Shown here piece after piece: positions 1 to 23,756 of a stretch of 64,000 nucleotides of DNA (the first letter of the stretch is position 1; the number at the start of each line of letters is the position of its first letter). The DNA lies in contig JAWQFM010000012.1 in NCBI GenBank assembly GCA_033442325.1, positions 933,333-997,332 of the forward strand, written 5' to 3'. The notes below the pieces were generated by a model. The model saw only the letters and a list, made by a program, of their open reading frames with translations. It was not told the DNA's origin and searched no databases. Origin of the DNA: Salpingoeca rosetta. Its lineage: Eukaryota; Protista; Choanoflagellata. The position numbers and the translations under genes were made by a program.

Positions 1-63
1 ACACGACATGACATGGCATGACATTGCGCCATGTGTGCGTGTGTGCATCGTTTGGAGAAGCAG

Positions 64-1100
64 TTGTTGGTGCGCCCACCAAGCCTGGGTTCCTCCTGCT
101 CAACATCATTCGTGGCGAGAACCTGCCCGCCGCCAACTCAAACGGATTCAGCGACCCGTACGTCTCCATCGAGTGCGAACACCGCAAGAAGCGCACGCAG
201 GTGAGGGCACTCGTGGCATGCATGCACCCGAGAGATAGAGAAAGAGAGTGTGTGTATGTGTATGTGTGCGTGTGTGTGTGTGTGTGTGCGTGTGCGTGTG
301 TGTGTGTGTGTGTGCGTGTGTGTGTGTGCAATGTCGCATGCTGCCGTCACCACTACCCCCCCCCGTCTGCACGCAGCCCTAACACACACTACCACCTCCT
401 CCACACCCTGTCCACCTCAAACCCAACGCGTGTGTGTGCAGTGGAAGAAGCGCACCATCAATCCTGAGTGGAATGAGAAGTTGGATTTCCGGATCAACGA
501 TCCTCTCAACAGCGTTGTCACCTTCCACGTCAAAGACCACGAGGTACAGCATCGTTTGGGGTGTGGAAGGAACGTCAAGTGCAGATGTGCGGGTGTGTGC
601 GGATATGTGCGTGTGGGTGTGGGTGTGCGGATGTGGGTGTGCATGTGTTTGGCATACGTGTGCGTGGGTAGGTCTTTGCAACACCACACTCAACCACAAT
701 TGCTATCACAAACCACACTCATTCACTCACGCTCACTCACACACGCACTCACACTCATTCACTCACTCATGTTACAACACATGACAGCACTGGACGCGGA
801 ACAAGGTCCTTGGCAGCTTCTCTGTGCCAATTTCCTCTGTGTCGACGCTGAAGGAGACGGTGACCAACTATCAGCTCGAGAATGCGCGTGGCACCATCAC
901 CATGGGCCTCATGTTCCAGGAAAACCAGACCGGTTCGTCTGCGTGAATGTGTGTGTGTGTGTGTCTGTGTGTATGCTTATGAGCACTTTTTCTTGTGTGT
1001 GTCTGTGTGTCTGTGTGTGCATCTATCTGTCTGTCTGTCCTTTGCGATCTCTCTGTCCGTGCAATTCAAACTCACCACTCACCAACACACAAACACACAC

Positions 1101-1165
<65 letters not shown>

Positions 1166-1369
1166 ACACACACCACACACACCCTCTCCACCACACACCC
1201 TCTCCACGCCTCCCTCACCAACCACCACTATCAACAACTGCTTTGTGCAGCCGACCCGAAGCACCAGAAGAAGAGCCCTCGTGTTGAGAGGCGGGAGCCG
1301 CCAGAGCCCGAACGGCGCTCGTCCCAGACACCCTCGCTCAACGACAGCGAGAACGAGATATTCGTGTGA
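64..1369 (+). CDS. C2-domain protein, 3' part (5' end outside window); exons ~64-200, 442-543, 788-932, 1251-1369
   Basis: Spliced peptide LLLNIIRGENLPAANSNGFSDPYVSIEC..KKRTQ/WKKRTINPEWNEKLDFRINDPLNSVVTFHVKDHE/HWTRNKVLGSFSVPIS matches C2 motifs (SDPYV, NPEWNE, V.D.D). GT..AG boundaries; stop TGA at 1367-1369. Confidence 0.85.
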
Positions 1370-1808
1370 TGATGGTGATGGACCGATGGGATGGTGATGG
1401 TGGTGGAATGCGCACCGTCAACCTGTTGCTTATGTTGCTGTTGCCTTTGTTATTCGTGTTGTGTGCTCTTGATGTGCGTGCTTCCTGTTACCGAGCCTTC
1501 TGTCCTGTTTCGTTCTTCAACCCCTTACATACAACACAGCATGGAACATCCCCCCCTCCCCTACGCCTTGCTTTCTCTGCGTGTCGTGTGTTGTGTGAAC
1601 GTGACAGCAAGGTTTGACTCTGCTGTCTCCACATAAACCCTGACACCACACCACACCTCGCTGTGAGTCATCAGCGCTTCGCGTCCCAAACACAAACAAC
1701 ACGCGACATCTCCCGCCCCATTTCCCAACACCCAATACAGCAGCCCCAACTTATCGCTCTTCTTCTTCTTCTTCTTCTTCAAACAAGCAAGCAAACAAAC
1801 AAACAAGC

Positions 1809-3140
1809 ATGCGTTGGACGTGGGCTGTTGAGGTGCTGCTCGTGGCTGTGGCCGCGGTTGCGGTGACCAGCGCGGTCGCCATGCCGGTTGAAGACGGCGT
1901 CATCCCCGCACGCCTTGTGCTCGGCAAGAAGGGCAACTCGTCCTGCTTGACTCCAAAGCAGGACGACGAGCTGCGGCACGCCATCGCCGGCATCCAGATC
2001 ACGCTCTCTGCGGCCGTGACGGCACTGGACATTGCGGCTGCCGCGGAGCACAACGCCAAGACGAAGCAGGACCTGAAGGAGGCCGCCGTGGTGATCCAGA
2101 ACGTGAACAAGTATCTCGTGGCCAACCTGACGCAGATTGTGGACTCCGCGTGCGGCAACTGCTCCGAGATTGTGCGCGTGGTGAACGAGAGCGCAACCGC
2201 CATTGAGCAGACCATCTCCCACATCAGCCCCGACATTAAGAACACGACCACGTGGAAGCTCATCGTCACCGCCATCAACGACATCCTGCAGATTGCGGAG
2301 ATTGTGTGCCCAAGCAAGCTGGCCATGTTCCATATGGAGCCCCGCGATGTGAGCCCACCTTGCCTCAACGCCACGCAGCTCCGCCTCCTGGAGAAGATCG
2401 TTGCTGGCACGCAGATCATCATGACCTCCGCCGAGGTTGCGCTGGAGGTGGCAGCGGCGAACGAGAAGGACAACGCGACCCGCCACAAGCTTGAAGAAGC
2501 GGCCACGGTGGTCAAGGCCATCAGCCAGGACCTGGTTGGCAACCTCACCAAGATTGCGCAGAGCCCATGCGCCACATGCACCGAGATTGTCAACATCGTG
2601 GAGCAGCTCGTCCACGCCCTCGAGGAGACTCTCCAGCAGATCGTAAGCCCTGCACATGCTCTGCGTGGGCGTTGAGGGAGGAGAGAGTGTGTGTGTGTGT
2701 GTGTCTGTGTCTGTGTGTGTGAGTGTCTGTCTGTCTGTGTGTGTCTGTCTGTGTGTGTCTGTCTGTGTGTGTGTGCGAGTGAGTGTGTGTGTGTGTGAGT
2801 GTCTGTGTGCGAGTGAGTGTCTGTGTGCGAGTGAGTGTCTGTGTGTGTGTGTGTGTGTGTGGCTGTCTCCTTTGTGCCTCCGCGTCTGCCTGCCTGTCTT
2901 TGTGTCTGTCTGCCTGTCTGCGCGCCGTTGTATCAGCCCCGGCCACCACCAGCTCCTTCGTACTCACCACCGCGCATTACCTGCTCTTACAACACACAAC
3001 AGAACCCTGACTGGAACCACGATCCTCTGTGGCAGTCCATTGTTGAAGCCATCAACAACATCTTCCAGTATGTGGAGGTGCTGTGCCCTCAGCCAACGCA
3101 GGACACAAAGCCCTTCCACATTCACGCCTCAAACCCGTGA
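1809..3140 (+). CDS. Secreted protein with two ~125-aa helical repeats, 4 Cys each; exons 1809-2642, 3003-3140
   Basis: Hydrophobic N-terminal signal (VLLVAVAAVAVTSAVA). Two colinear repeats with C...CxxC...W...CP pattern. Phase-0 intron 2643-3002 joins LQQI to NPDWNH and completes repeat 2. Many NxS/T sequons. Confidence 0.85.
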
Positions 3141-3620
3141 GCCGGCTGCGTTTGAGCTGCGCAACGCAGATTGAGATGTGTCTGTGTCTGTGTCTGTGTC
3201 TGCTGCGTGACTCTGCAGCCGCTGGACCGTTGCTGCTGAAGGCTCGCCGCCCACTCCTTCAAGCACTTGCTTGTTAATGATGCTTTCTGTGCCCTCCCAT
3301 CTTATCTTCCCCACGCATTCCTTTTTGCGTTACAAGCGTGTGCATGGTTTGCCGTTTACTCGTGTGTGTGTGTGCGTCACGTTGCTGTGGTGTTGGCTGC
3401 GCCTGTCAACAAGTGCGCTGCTGACTGCTGCTCTCACCTCCGACCTCGCGAGCGAGTGAAGAGAAAGAGACGCAGCAGTTCCAGTGACGTGACCTTGAGA
3501 CAGGCGCACATCCGCAACACGAGCAAGCAAGCACCCAACAACGTTTGTTCGTGTTACTACAACATCCCTCCTCTAAGCGTTGAACAGCCACCCAAGCAAG
3601 AAGCGAACAACAAGAAACAT

Positions 3621-3750
<130 letters not shown>

Positions 3751-3812
3751 TAGCAGTGGAGTGAGTGGCGAAGTTGAACACATGTGTGTGTGTGCATGTG
3801 TGTGTGGCTGAG

Positions 3813-8783
<4,971 letters not shown>

Positions 8784-8907
8784 GGTGCTGTGTTGTGTGT
8801 GTGACTACTGTGTGGTCGTCGCTGACTGATGAAGCTGTGTGACTGCTGGTTGTGGTTGGTGGAGTGTTGCCGCACTGTCTCCACTGACTGCTCGCTGTGT
8901 TTTGTTT

Positions 8908-9011
8908 GTGCGGAAAGTACGTGCGGAAAGTACGCACTCTGCTTGTTTGCTTTAAATTGTGTGGATATCGAGACTTACATTTCGCGCCGTATCCACCAAT
9001 TTGGCGCCAAA
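8908..9011. promoter_or_regulatory. Putative E2F-site cluster upstream of MCM5
   Basis: TTTCGCGC at 8980-8987 and palindrome TTTGGCGCCAAA at 9000-9011 both fit TTTSSCGC. A 13-bp direct repeat GTGCGGAAAGTAC lies at 8908-8933. All are 125-230 bp upstream of the ATG at 8783. Confidence 0.6.
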
Positions 9012-9018
9012 ACAGGTG

Positions 9019-9081
<63 letters not shown>

Positions 9082-9596
9082 GTGTGTGTGTGTGTGTGTG
9101 CGTGTGTGTGTGCGTGTGTGTGTGCGTGTGTGTGTCTGTCATGCGTGTGTGTCTGCCTCTGACATCACTGCACCACATCACTGCACCACATCAATTTCAC
9201 CATGTCGCATGACATTTGATGTACAATGGATGGAGAAACAATACAAGCTAGCAAGCACTGCCAGCAACAAATATGCAGGCAAGCGAGCAAGAGAAAGCAA
9301 CAGTAACAAGCAACTGACACGAGAATGTCAGTTCTTCAGTTGAGCAGTTGGTGTGGACAAGGTTCACATAAGGTTGAACGGATCGCATAAACGCACAAGA
9401 AACAAACAAAAAAAGATGCAGCTATGGCACACAACAACACCAAACAACACAACGTAGCACAGCGACATGCTGCACACATCACCACTGCAGCGAACGCCTA
9501 AACATCTCTGGGAATCGCGCCCTTCCCCTACCACGCGCGCCCTTCCTAAGGCTTCACACACACACACTCACACTCACACACACACACATCAGCAGA

Positions 9597-11275
9597 TTAG
9601 AAGATGGTGCGTTGGCCAAATTCTTCCCTTCGTTTGGAGGCGCTCGCCCTGACGGCGTTGTCGATGGCGTTCAGGATCTCCTCATCTGTCGCGCTGATCA
9701 CGGGCATGCGCAGTGCCCGAATCACCTGAGCGAAAGAAACAATGCGTTGTGCGGTTGCAGATGTTGGCAGGCGTGAGCAACAGGCGGAGTCGACATCATG
9801 CACAATGACAGTGTTTGGCGGCGTTACGAGGCCTAACCGTCAGCACACACACGCACATACACGCACATGCACACACACACATACACACGCACACACATAC
9901 ACACACACATACACATACACACGCACGTGTGCACACACACGCACATACACAAAGCATGACAAGAACAAACCTTCGCGCGGAAGTCAATGTGTTTTTGCAA
10001 GCGCGCCTCAAGCTCCGAAATGGTGTTCTTGAAGGCGAGAATGTCGTTTGGCCCCAGCATGCCCGCGGACGGTGACAGGGACGATGTGCTCACGTGCGCA
10101 GTTGCCGGTCGACTCCTGTACACGCGTGCGTTGATTCATGGTTGAGTGTTGTGGTGCGGTGCAGTGGTGAGCAGCTGCTAATTCATAACAACCAACACGC
10201 AAAGGACTGCATGACACAGGCAAGCAAGCAAGCAGCAAGTAAATCCATTACACATACACACATAAACATATACACACACATGCACACACAAATGTACATA
10301 TGTATATGTACATGCGCAGCAAAGCCATTTGCACTCACGTTATGGCCTGGTTCTTCCAGTGCGCGACCTCTGCCTGAAGGGAGCGAATCTCCTCATCTTG
10401 CAGTGAAGACGTGCTCCTGTTGCGGTGAGACGCATGTACACGGACGCATGTCTTGGGCGGTGAGCACAACGTTGACGGTGCATGGGAGTGGGAATGGCAT
10501 CAGTCAGATATATTCGCACCACTGCTGACGTGACAAAACGGTGGCAAGGGGCGTGGCAATGACAACCCTTCAGGGTACAACCCACCCTTTGGCGTGCTTC
10601 AGCTTCTTCTCCATGGCGGTGATCCAAATCTCTTGCGACTCAATCGTCTACAACGTGTAAATGCGTACATGTGAGTACAAAGGTGCCATTCATGCTGTGT
10701 GTGTGTGCGTGCGTGCATGTATACATGTGTGTATATGTGTGTATGTGTGTGTGCGTGCGTGTATGTATGCATGTGTGTATGTGTGTGTGTGTGTGGCGCA
10801 CGCGTGCTGACCTTGAGTGCAGCCGAGAGCTTGCGCTTGAGCTTCTTCATCTCGCGTTCGTGTGATTCGTTGTCTGAATCCGCGCGCTTCCGTCCGCCGC
10901 GCCGCCGCTCGCTCGGAGACGTCGCTGTGTTGTGTTAGAAGCAATGATGCATACGAGCGTGAATACGTTTTGTGTGTGAATGCGTGTGTGTGTGTGTGTG
11001 TGGGTGTGTGGATGCCATGAGCGACACCAGTGTAGTTGGCACACTACAGCAACAACCATCGCGTGCATCACACAGCGTGGTTATGAGCAATCTTCGCACG
11101 TTCACACGTTCACACGTTCATATTTACGTTTGTGCGTGCGCTCCTTGAGTGCTGCCCGCAGCGTGTCAAGGATGGCTTCGTCATCGTGTGCATGTTTACA
11201 GTGCACCATGCGTGCGACCTCCCGCTTGAAGCCCTCAAACTGTGAAGAAGTGTGCGTAATTCAGTGTGTGTGTGT

Positions 11276-11307
<32 letters not shown>

Positions 11308-11900
11308 ATTTGGTTAGGTGTGAGCATGTGGAGGAGTACAAATGTGCTTGGGAAGCAGTTGCCGTACACAGTGCCACCATAACCACCTCTTGCCACACGA
11401 TCCCAAACTCTCAACGCATGTGGGGCGCGCACCCGCACCACCCCCCACACACCTCGATTCGCGCGTTTGCGGCATCCTCCTCCAGCTCGTCCATGCGTAT
11501 TCTCATGCTTCGCTCCCCGCGCATGCGCCCATAGTCAAGGTGGTCCGCAGACAGCGCCTGAATGTGGCCACACGTGTGTATGTATGGGTGCATGTGAGCG
11601 TGCACGTGTGTGTGTGTGTGTGGTCAGAGTGTGGTGTGATAACTCATAACGCCATCTGCCTCAAACATACGACCAGTGGAAGCAGGTGCATGCATGCTCC
11701 GCGCCATAACTTACGTGTGATGTTGCAGGGCGGCTGGCCGACCAGATGTTGACGGATTGTGAGTTGAGGGCATTGGCCGCATTCATCTCCGCCACATCGG
11801 CCTGGCGACACCAAGCAACGCATGCCGGGCATTGGTAAATGGACGGTTCACAAGGCAGAACGGCTCCAGCAAAACACACCACACAACAACAACACACCAC

Positions 11901-11978
<78 letters not shown>

Positions 11979-12280
11979 ACAACAACAACAACAACATTGA
12001 AATCACCAATGCGCTGTCTCACCCTGCGCTTGAGGGCCTCAATGGCCTGGTAGAGGTTCTCTGCATGTGCACTCGCGGTGACATCCGTGTCCAGACTGAG
12101 CGCAAGGCTGATGCGATGGCACACATCTGCATAGTAGCGGTCCGTGCGGTTCTGCAGTCGATAAGGTGGCGTAATGACACATGTTGGAGGTTGTAAAGGT
12201 GAGGGTCATGGCACTGAATGACAAGAGACTCACCAAACAGAACAAGTCACATGATGCACCACACACACACACACGCACAC

Positions 12281-12368
<88 letters not shown>

Positions 12369-14458
12369 GCGATGCGATGAGCACCCAAACAAACGCACGG
12401 CAAGTGCCATCCACCAGCAAACACGCACCGTCTCCTTGAGGTTGGCAACCTCTGCCTTGAGTCGTGAAACCTCGCGCTGGTGCAATTCCTCGGCGCGGGA
12501 GATGGTGGCTCGCATGTCGTCTGCTTTGCTGTCGCCGTCAACGCGCACATCGTCCAGTCTTCGGTTCAGCGCCTGGCGCATTGATGAGCAATGATAGCAC
12601 ATGTGAGTCGTGGGGCTAGACGAAGCACCCACCCACATAGGGACAGTAGAGACACACAAGCACACAGAACACACACGCACACACAAAAAACACACGCACA
12701 ACACACGCACAACACACACAACACAACACACGCACAACACAACACACACACAACACAACACACGCACAACACACACCCAACACACACGCACCACCCACAC
12801 ACCTCGATTTGTTTGTCCTTCTCAGCGATGATGTCATCGTATCTGCCGATGCGCTCCTCCTGCAGCCGTGCCTCGCGGGTGAGCGATTCTTGCGCAATGG
12901 TAGCATCCTTCAGCTCGCGCGTGCGTGCAAGCAACTCCTCCCGAAGCGACGTCGCCTCGCCGTCCATGCGCTCGCGCTCTGCGGCGTTTCGTTCCGCTGC
13001 CCGCTCCATCTGCGCAATGGTTGTGTCCTTGGCGTTGCTTTCCCGCTGCACAACTGCAAACTCCTTGCGCAGGGCCTGCAAGTCTGCCTCCAGGGCATCG
13101 CGCGCAGCAACAACCTCGCGCGCCTTGCTGCTCACCATCCCGCTCTGCCGCTGGCCCTCCGTGGCCTGCAGGATCTCCGCCAACTCATCGTACAGCTTGC
13201 GCTGTCGCTCCACACGCTCCTCCTCGGCCTGCCGCAGCTCATCCGCCGTCAGCACCTGCGTCTCCAACGACGACACCTGCCCCGTCAGCTTCTCAATCTC
13301 CTCGTCCTTCTCCGCCTGGGCAGCCGTGAGAGCCGTGATGTCGTCTCGCAGCGACGCAATTGTCGACCGCTGCTCGTCCATGTGCGCCTGCATGTCCGCT
13401 TTTTGCTCCTCCAGGGTGGAGATGAGGTCCTCCTTGCTGCCCAGCGTGGCGTCCTTGGCCTCGTTGTCCTGCACCGTCGACCGGAGCGTGCGTTCCAGCT
13501 CCTCGCGCGCCTGCCGCAGCTGCGCCACTGTCTTCTCGTACTCGCCCTGCGTCTCCCTGCTGCGCTCCACCTCCTTTTTCAGCTGGTTCTGCAGCGTCTC
13601 GATGGTGTGCTCGCGGGACTTGAGCTCGTGTTCGCGCGATGCCACGCGCTGCTGCAGCGAGGACACCTCCATCTGCAGTCCAGAGACCTCCCGGCTGTGC
13701 TGCAGGCCCGCTGCCTCCTTGTTGCGGTCGCTCTGGCGCTTCAGCTGCAGGTTCTCGTGCTGCAGCTCGGAGATGCGCTGGTCGCGGGCGTTGGCATCCT
13801 CCCGCACACGCTCCAGCTCACCCTTGAGCCGCTCCTCGCGCGATTCCGCGGCCGCTGCTGCGTCCTGCGCGTGCGAGAGATCGCGCTGCATGTGCGTGAG
13901 CTCGAGCTGTTGCTCGCGGTACTCCTGGCGCAGCTGATCGCACTCCTGCTGGAGGTGTGTGAGTTGGGCAGCCGTGGTCTCGCCAGCAGCCACCTGCCGC
14001 TCGAGATCCCCCACAATCTGCTTCTCGTGGCGCAGCGCCTCCTGTGCATCCCTGAGCTCGCGCAGCAGCTCTGGGTTCTCTGCCTTTTCCCGCGCAGCTC
14101 GCAGCTCTTCGCGCAGCGTCTCGATGTCGCGTTCCAGGAGCCGCGTGTATCGCTCCGAGGCCGAGTCTGAGCCCTGTCGCGTTGGCGGTGCGGGGCCCAT
14201 GCCATCATCCATGTGGCCTGAGTACTGGCGGCCTCCCATGCCACCGCCCATGTAGCCGCCGCCAACGCCCATACCCATGCCCACGCCCGGCCCAGCCTGC
14301 TGTTGGTGTTGCCTGTTCCTGTACTCGAACGAGGACATCATCCTTGCCCGATCCAAGCTCTGGTACCCTCCAACACCGCCACCCGCGACACCGCCACGTG
14401 CCATCCGGGGATCCATGGCTGATGACCGCATTGGCCGCCCACGATAGTAATCGCCCAT
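9597..14458 (-). CDS. Long coiled-coil protein, CCDC170-like C-terminus (multi-exon)
   Basis: Large exon ~12804-14458 (MGDYYRGRPM..., E/Q/R/L heptads), then short exons ending REMKKLKRKLSAALK/TIESQEIWITAMEKKL...KHIDFRAK/VIRALRMPVISATDEEILNAI...IF*. The CCDC170 resemblance is from memory only. Confidence 0.7.
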
Positions 14459-14726
14459 CTGTGCGGACGACGATTGTGTGCCTGTGCGTCTGTACCTGTG
14501 TGTGTGGTAGCCGTGTGTACGTAGGTGTGTGTACGTAGGCGTGTGTAACAACGTGTGTAACAACGTGTGTGCGTATGTGTGTGCGTGTGTGCGCGTGTGT
14601 CTGGACTGGTTGGTGTTGTTGGATGCGATGTGTTTGATGACAAGTGGTGAATCGCTGGGGAGTTGGCGAGCGAGCTGACTGTGAAAGCGTTTTTTTGTTT
14701 GCCGCGGCGCGTTGCCAACAACAAAA

Positions 14727-14754
14727 GGGTGCGTCTGCATTCCCGGTGGCCCAC
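14727..14754 (+). repeat. Left terminal inverted repeat (28 bp)
   Basis: Perfect inverted match to 23537-23564. Confidence 0.9.
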
Positions 14755-14910
14755 TCACCGCTCCTGAGATTGCTCCCCACCACACACCCAATATTCTCCC
14801 TTTTGAAAAACGTGTCTGACCCAAATAAACATTTTTGCAACGACCCCGTCCTCCCCACCACACTGCACAACCCCACTGCCCTCACCCACCAACCCCTCCC
14901 CACTCCAACG

Positions 14911-21630
<6,720 letters not shown>

Positions 21631-21796
21631 CCAGGCTCATCACAGCGTAGGAGGACATCTCAATTGTTCGTCAAGACCTCTGTAAGACTGCGCACACGGC
21701 ATACCACATGGCGGGGTGTGCGTTCATCGTTTCTGACCTTTTCTTACTCACTGCGACGAAGTGTGGCACTTGCGACCCGTGTCAATGGGTGCCCGT

Positions 21797-23202
21797 GCGT
21801 GTGGGGCGCATCCTGTGTTAGTTTGAGGTGCGTAGTTTTGCCAGTTTTCGTGTTGGACCACCCACACCGGGGTGCACGCGCGCTTGCACATGGTGCGCCA
21901 TATGGGGTGGTGCGTGTGTGGTGTGTTTGCGGTTACACCCCGCTCACTGTGACGTGTTCTGCTGCATATGAATGACACTAGGAGGGACCTACGTGTGTGG
22001 GGCGCATCCTGTGTTAGTTTGAGGTGCGTAGTTTTGCCAGTTTTCGTGTTGGACCACCCACACCGGGGTGCACGCATGCTTGCACATGGTGCGCCATATG
22101 GGGTGGTGCGTGTGTGGTGTGTTTGCGGTACACCCCTGCTCACTGGGAACGTGTTCTGCTGCATATGAATGACACTAGGAGGGACCTGCGGCGTGTGGGG
22201 CGCATCCTGTGTTAGTTTGAGGTGCGTAGCATTGCCAGTTTTCGTGTTGGACCGCCCACACCGGGGTGCACGCATGCTTGCACATGGTGCGCCATATGGG
22301 GTGGTGCGTGTGTGGTGTGTTTGCGGTTACACCCTGCTCACTGTGACGTGTTCTGCTGCATATGAATGACACTAGGAGGGACCTGCGCGTGTGGGGCGCA
22401 TCCTGTGTTAGTTTGAGGTGCGTAGCATTGCCAGTTTTCGTGTTGGACCGCCCACACCGGGGTGCACGCGCGCTTGCACATGGTGCGCCATATGGGGTGG
22501 TGCGTGTGTGGTGTGTTTGCGGTTACACCCCGCTCACTGTGACGTGTTCTGCTGCATATGAATGACACTAGGAGGGACCTGCGCGTGTGGGGCGCATCCT
22601 GTGTTAGTTTGAGGTGCGTAGCATTGCCAGTTTTCGTGTTGGACCGCCCACACCGGGGTGCACGCATGCTTGCACATGGTGCGCCATATGGGGTGGTGCG
22701 TGTGTGGTGTGTTTGCGGTTACACCCTGCTCACTGTGACGTGTTCTGCTGCATATGAATGACACTAGGAGGGACCTGCGCGTGTGGGGCGCATCCTGTGT
22801 TAGTTTGAGGTGCGTAGCATTGCCAGTTTTCGTGTTGGACCGCCCACACCGGGGTGCACGCATGCTTGCACATGGTGCGCCATATGGGGTGGTGCGTGTG
22901 TGGTGTGTTTGCGGTTACACCCTGCTCACTGTGACGTGTTCTGCTGCATATGAATGACACTAGGAGGGACCTGCGCGTGTGGGGCGCATCCTGTGTTAGT
23001 TTGAGGTGCGTAGCATTGCCAGTTTTCGTGTTGGACCGCCCACACCGGGGTGCACGCATGCTTGCACATGGTGCGCCATATGGGGTGGTGCGTGTGTGGT
23101 GTGTTTGCGGTTACACCCCGCTCACTGTGACGTGTTCTGCTGCATATGAATGACACTAGGAGGGACCTGCGCGTGTGGGGCGCATCCTGTGTTAGTCTGA
23201 GG
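21797..23202. repeat. 196-bp tandem array, 7 full copies plus a partial copy, inside the MULE
   Basis: Units start at 21797, 21993, 22191, 22387, 22583, 22779, 22975, 23171 and are near-identical (unit 2 is 198 bp). Confidence 0.95.
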
Positions 23203-23536
23203 ATGCACGCGTCTTTGTAGTTCGAGACATGGTTGTTGATGTGGTTGAATAGCAATATAGAAGATCTCGTGCAGGGAATGTCACACCAAATAAAACCCGC
23301 ACAGGCGGTTAACAGGGCCCTATTAAGTCACGCACACGCACAAACACACGGACGCATACTTTCTCTCTCTCTCTCTCTCCCTCTCTCTTTCTCTCTGTCT
23401 CCGTCTGGCCGGGTTGTTGGTTGGTTTACATGAGTTAGAGGTGTCTGCTCAGACACTTTGGGCTTTGGTTGTTTTGCGGTGTGGCCGACTGGGAAAGGAG
23501 CTGATTTGCCAATTGCAGGTGCAATTACAGCCGAAT

Positions 23537-23564
23537 GTGGGCCACCGGGAATGCAGACGCACCC
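23537..23564 (-). repeat. Right terminal inverted repeat (28 bp)
   Basis: Perfect inverted match to 14727-14754. Confidence 0.9.
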
Positions 23565-23756
23565 CGTTGAGGTGGTTGAACTGCTTACGACACCACAAAA
23601 TGATTTACCGAAACGGTCGCCTGTTGTTGTTTGGTTGGAGACAAGCCAACCAACAAGCCAACCAACAAGCCAACCAACCAACACACCTGCTCGCTCCGTT
23701 GCTCGCTTGCTCTGCTGCTTGGTCTTGGCGTCGTCGGCACAGCCAAGGATCCAGGG

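Noticed and set aside
1751-2657. Long minus-strand ORFs (281 and 292 aa)
   Set aside because: Antisense shadows of the GC3-rich secreted protein gene.
12591-14170. Plus-strand ORFs of 448 and 453 aa
   Set aside because: Antisense shadows of the coiled-coil exon, with no motifs.
21797-23202. CRISPR-like array or coding ORFs in the 196-bp repeat
   Set aside because: Units are contiguous and near-identical with no unique spacers and no cas genes. The 196-bp period is not a multiple of 3, so the ORFs are repeat artefacts.
22926-23340. Second, convergent mudrB-like gene from the right TIR
   Set aside because: The only good ATG (~23231, minus) gives 12 codons, and longer products need unsupported splicing through the array.
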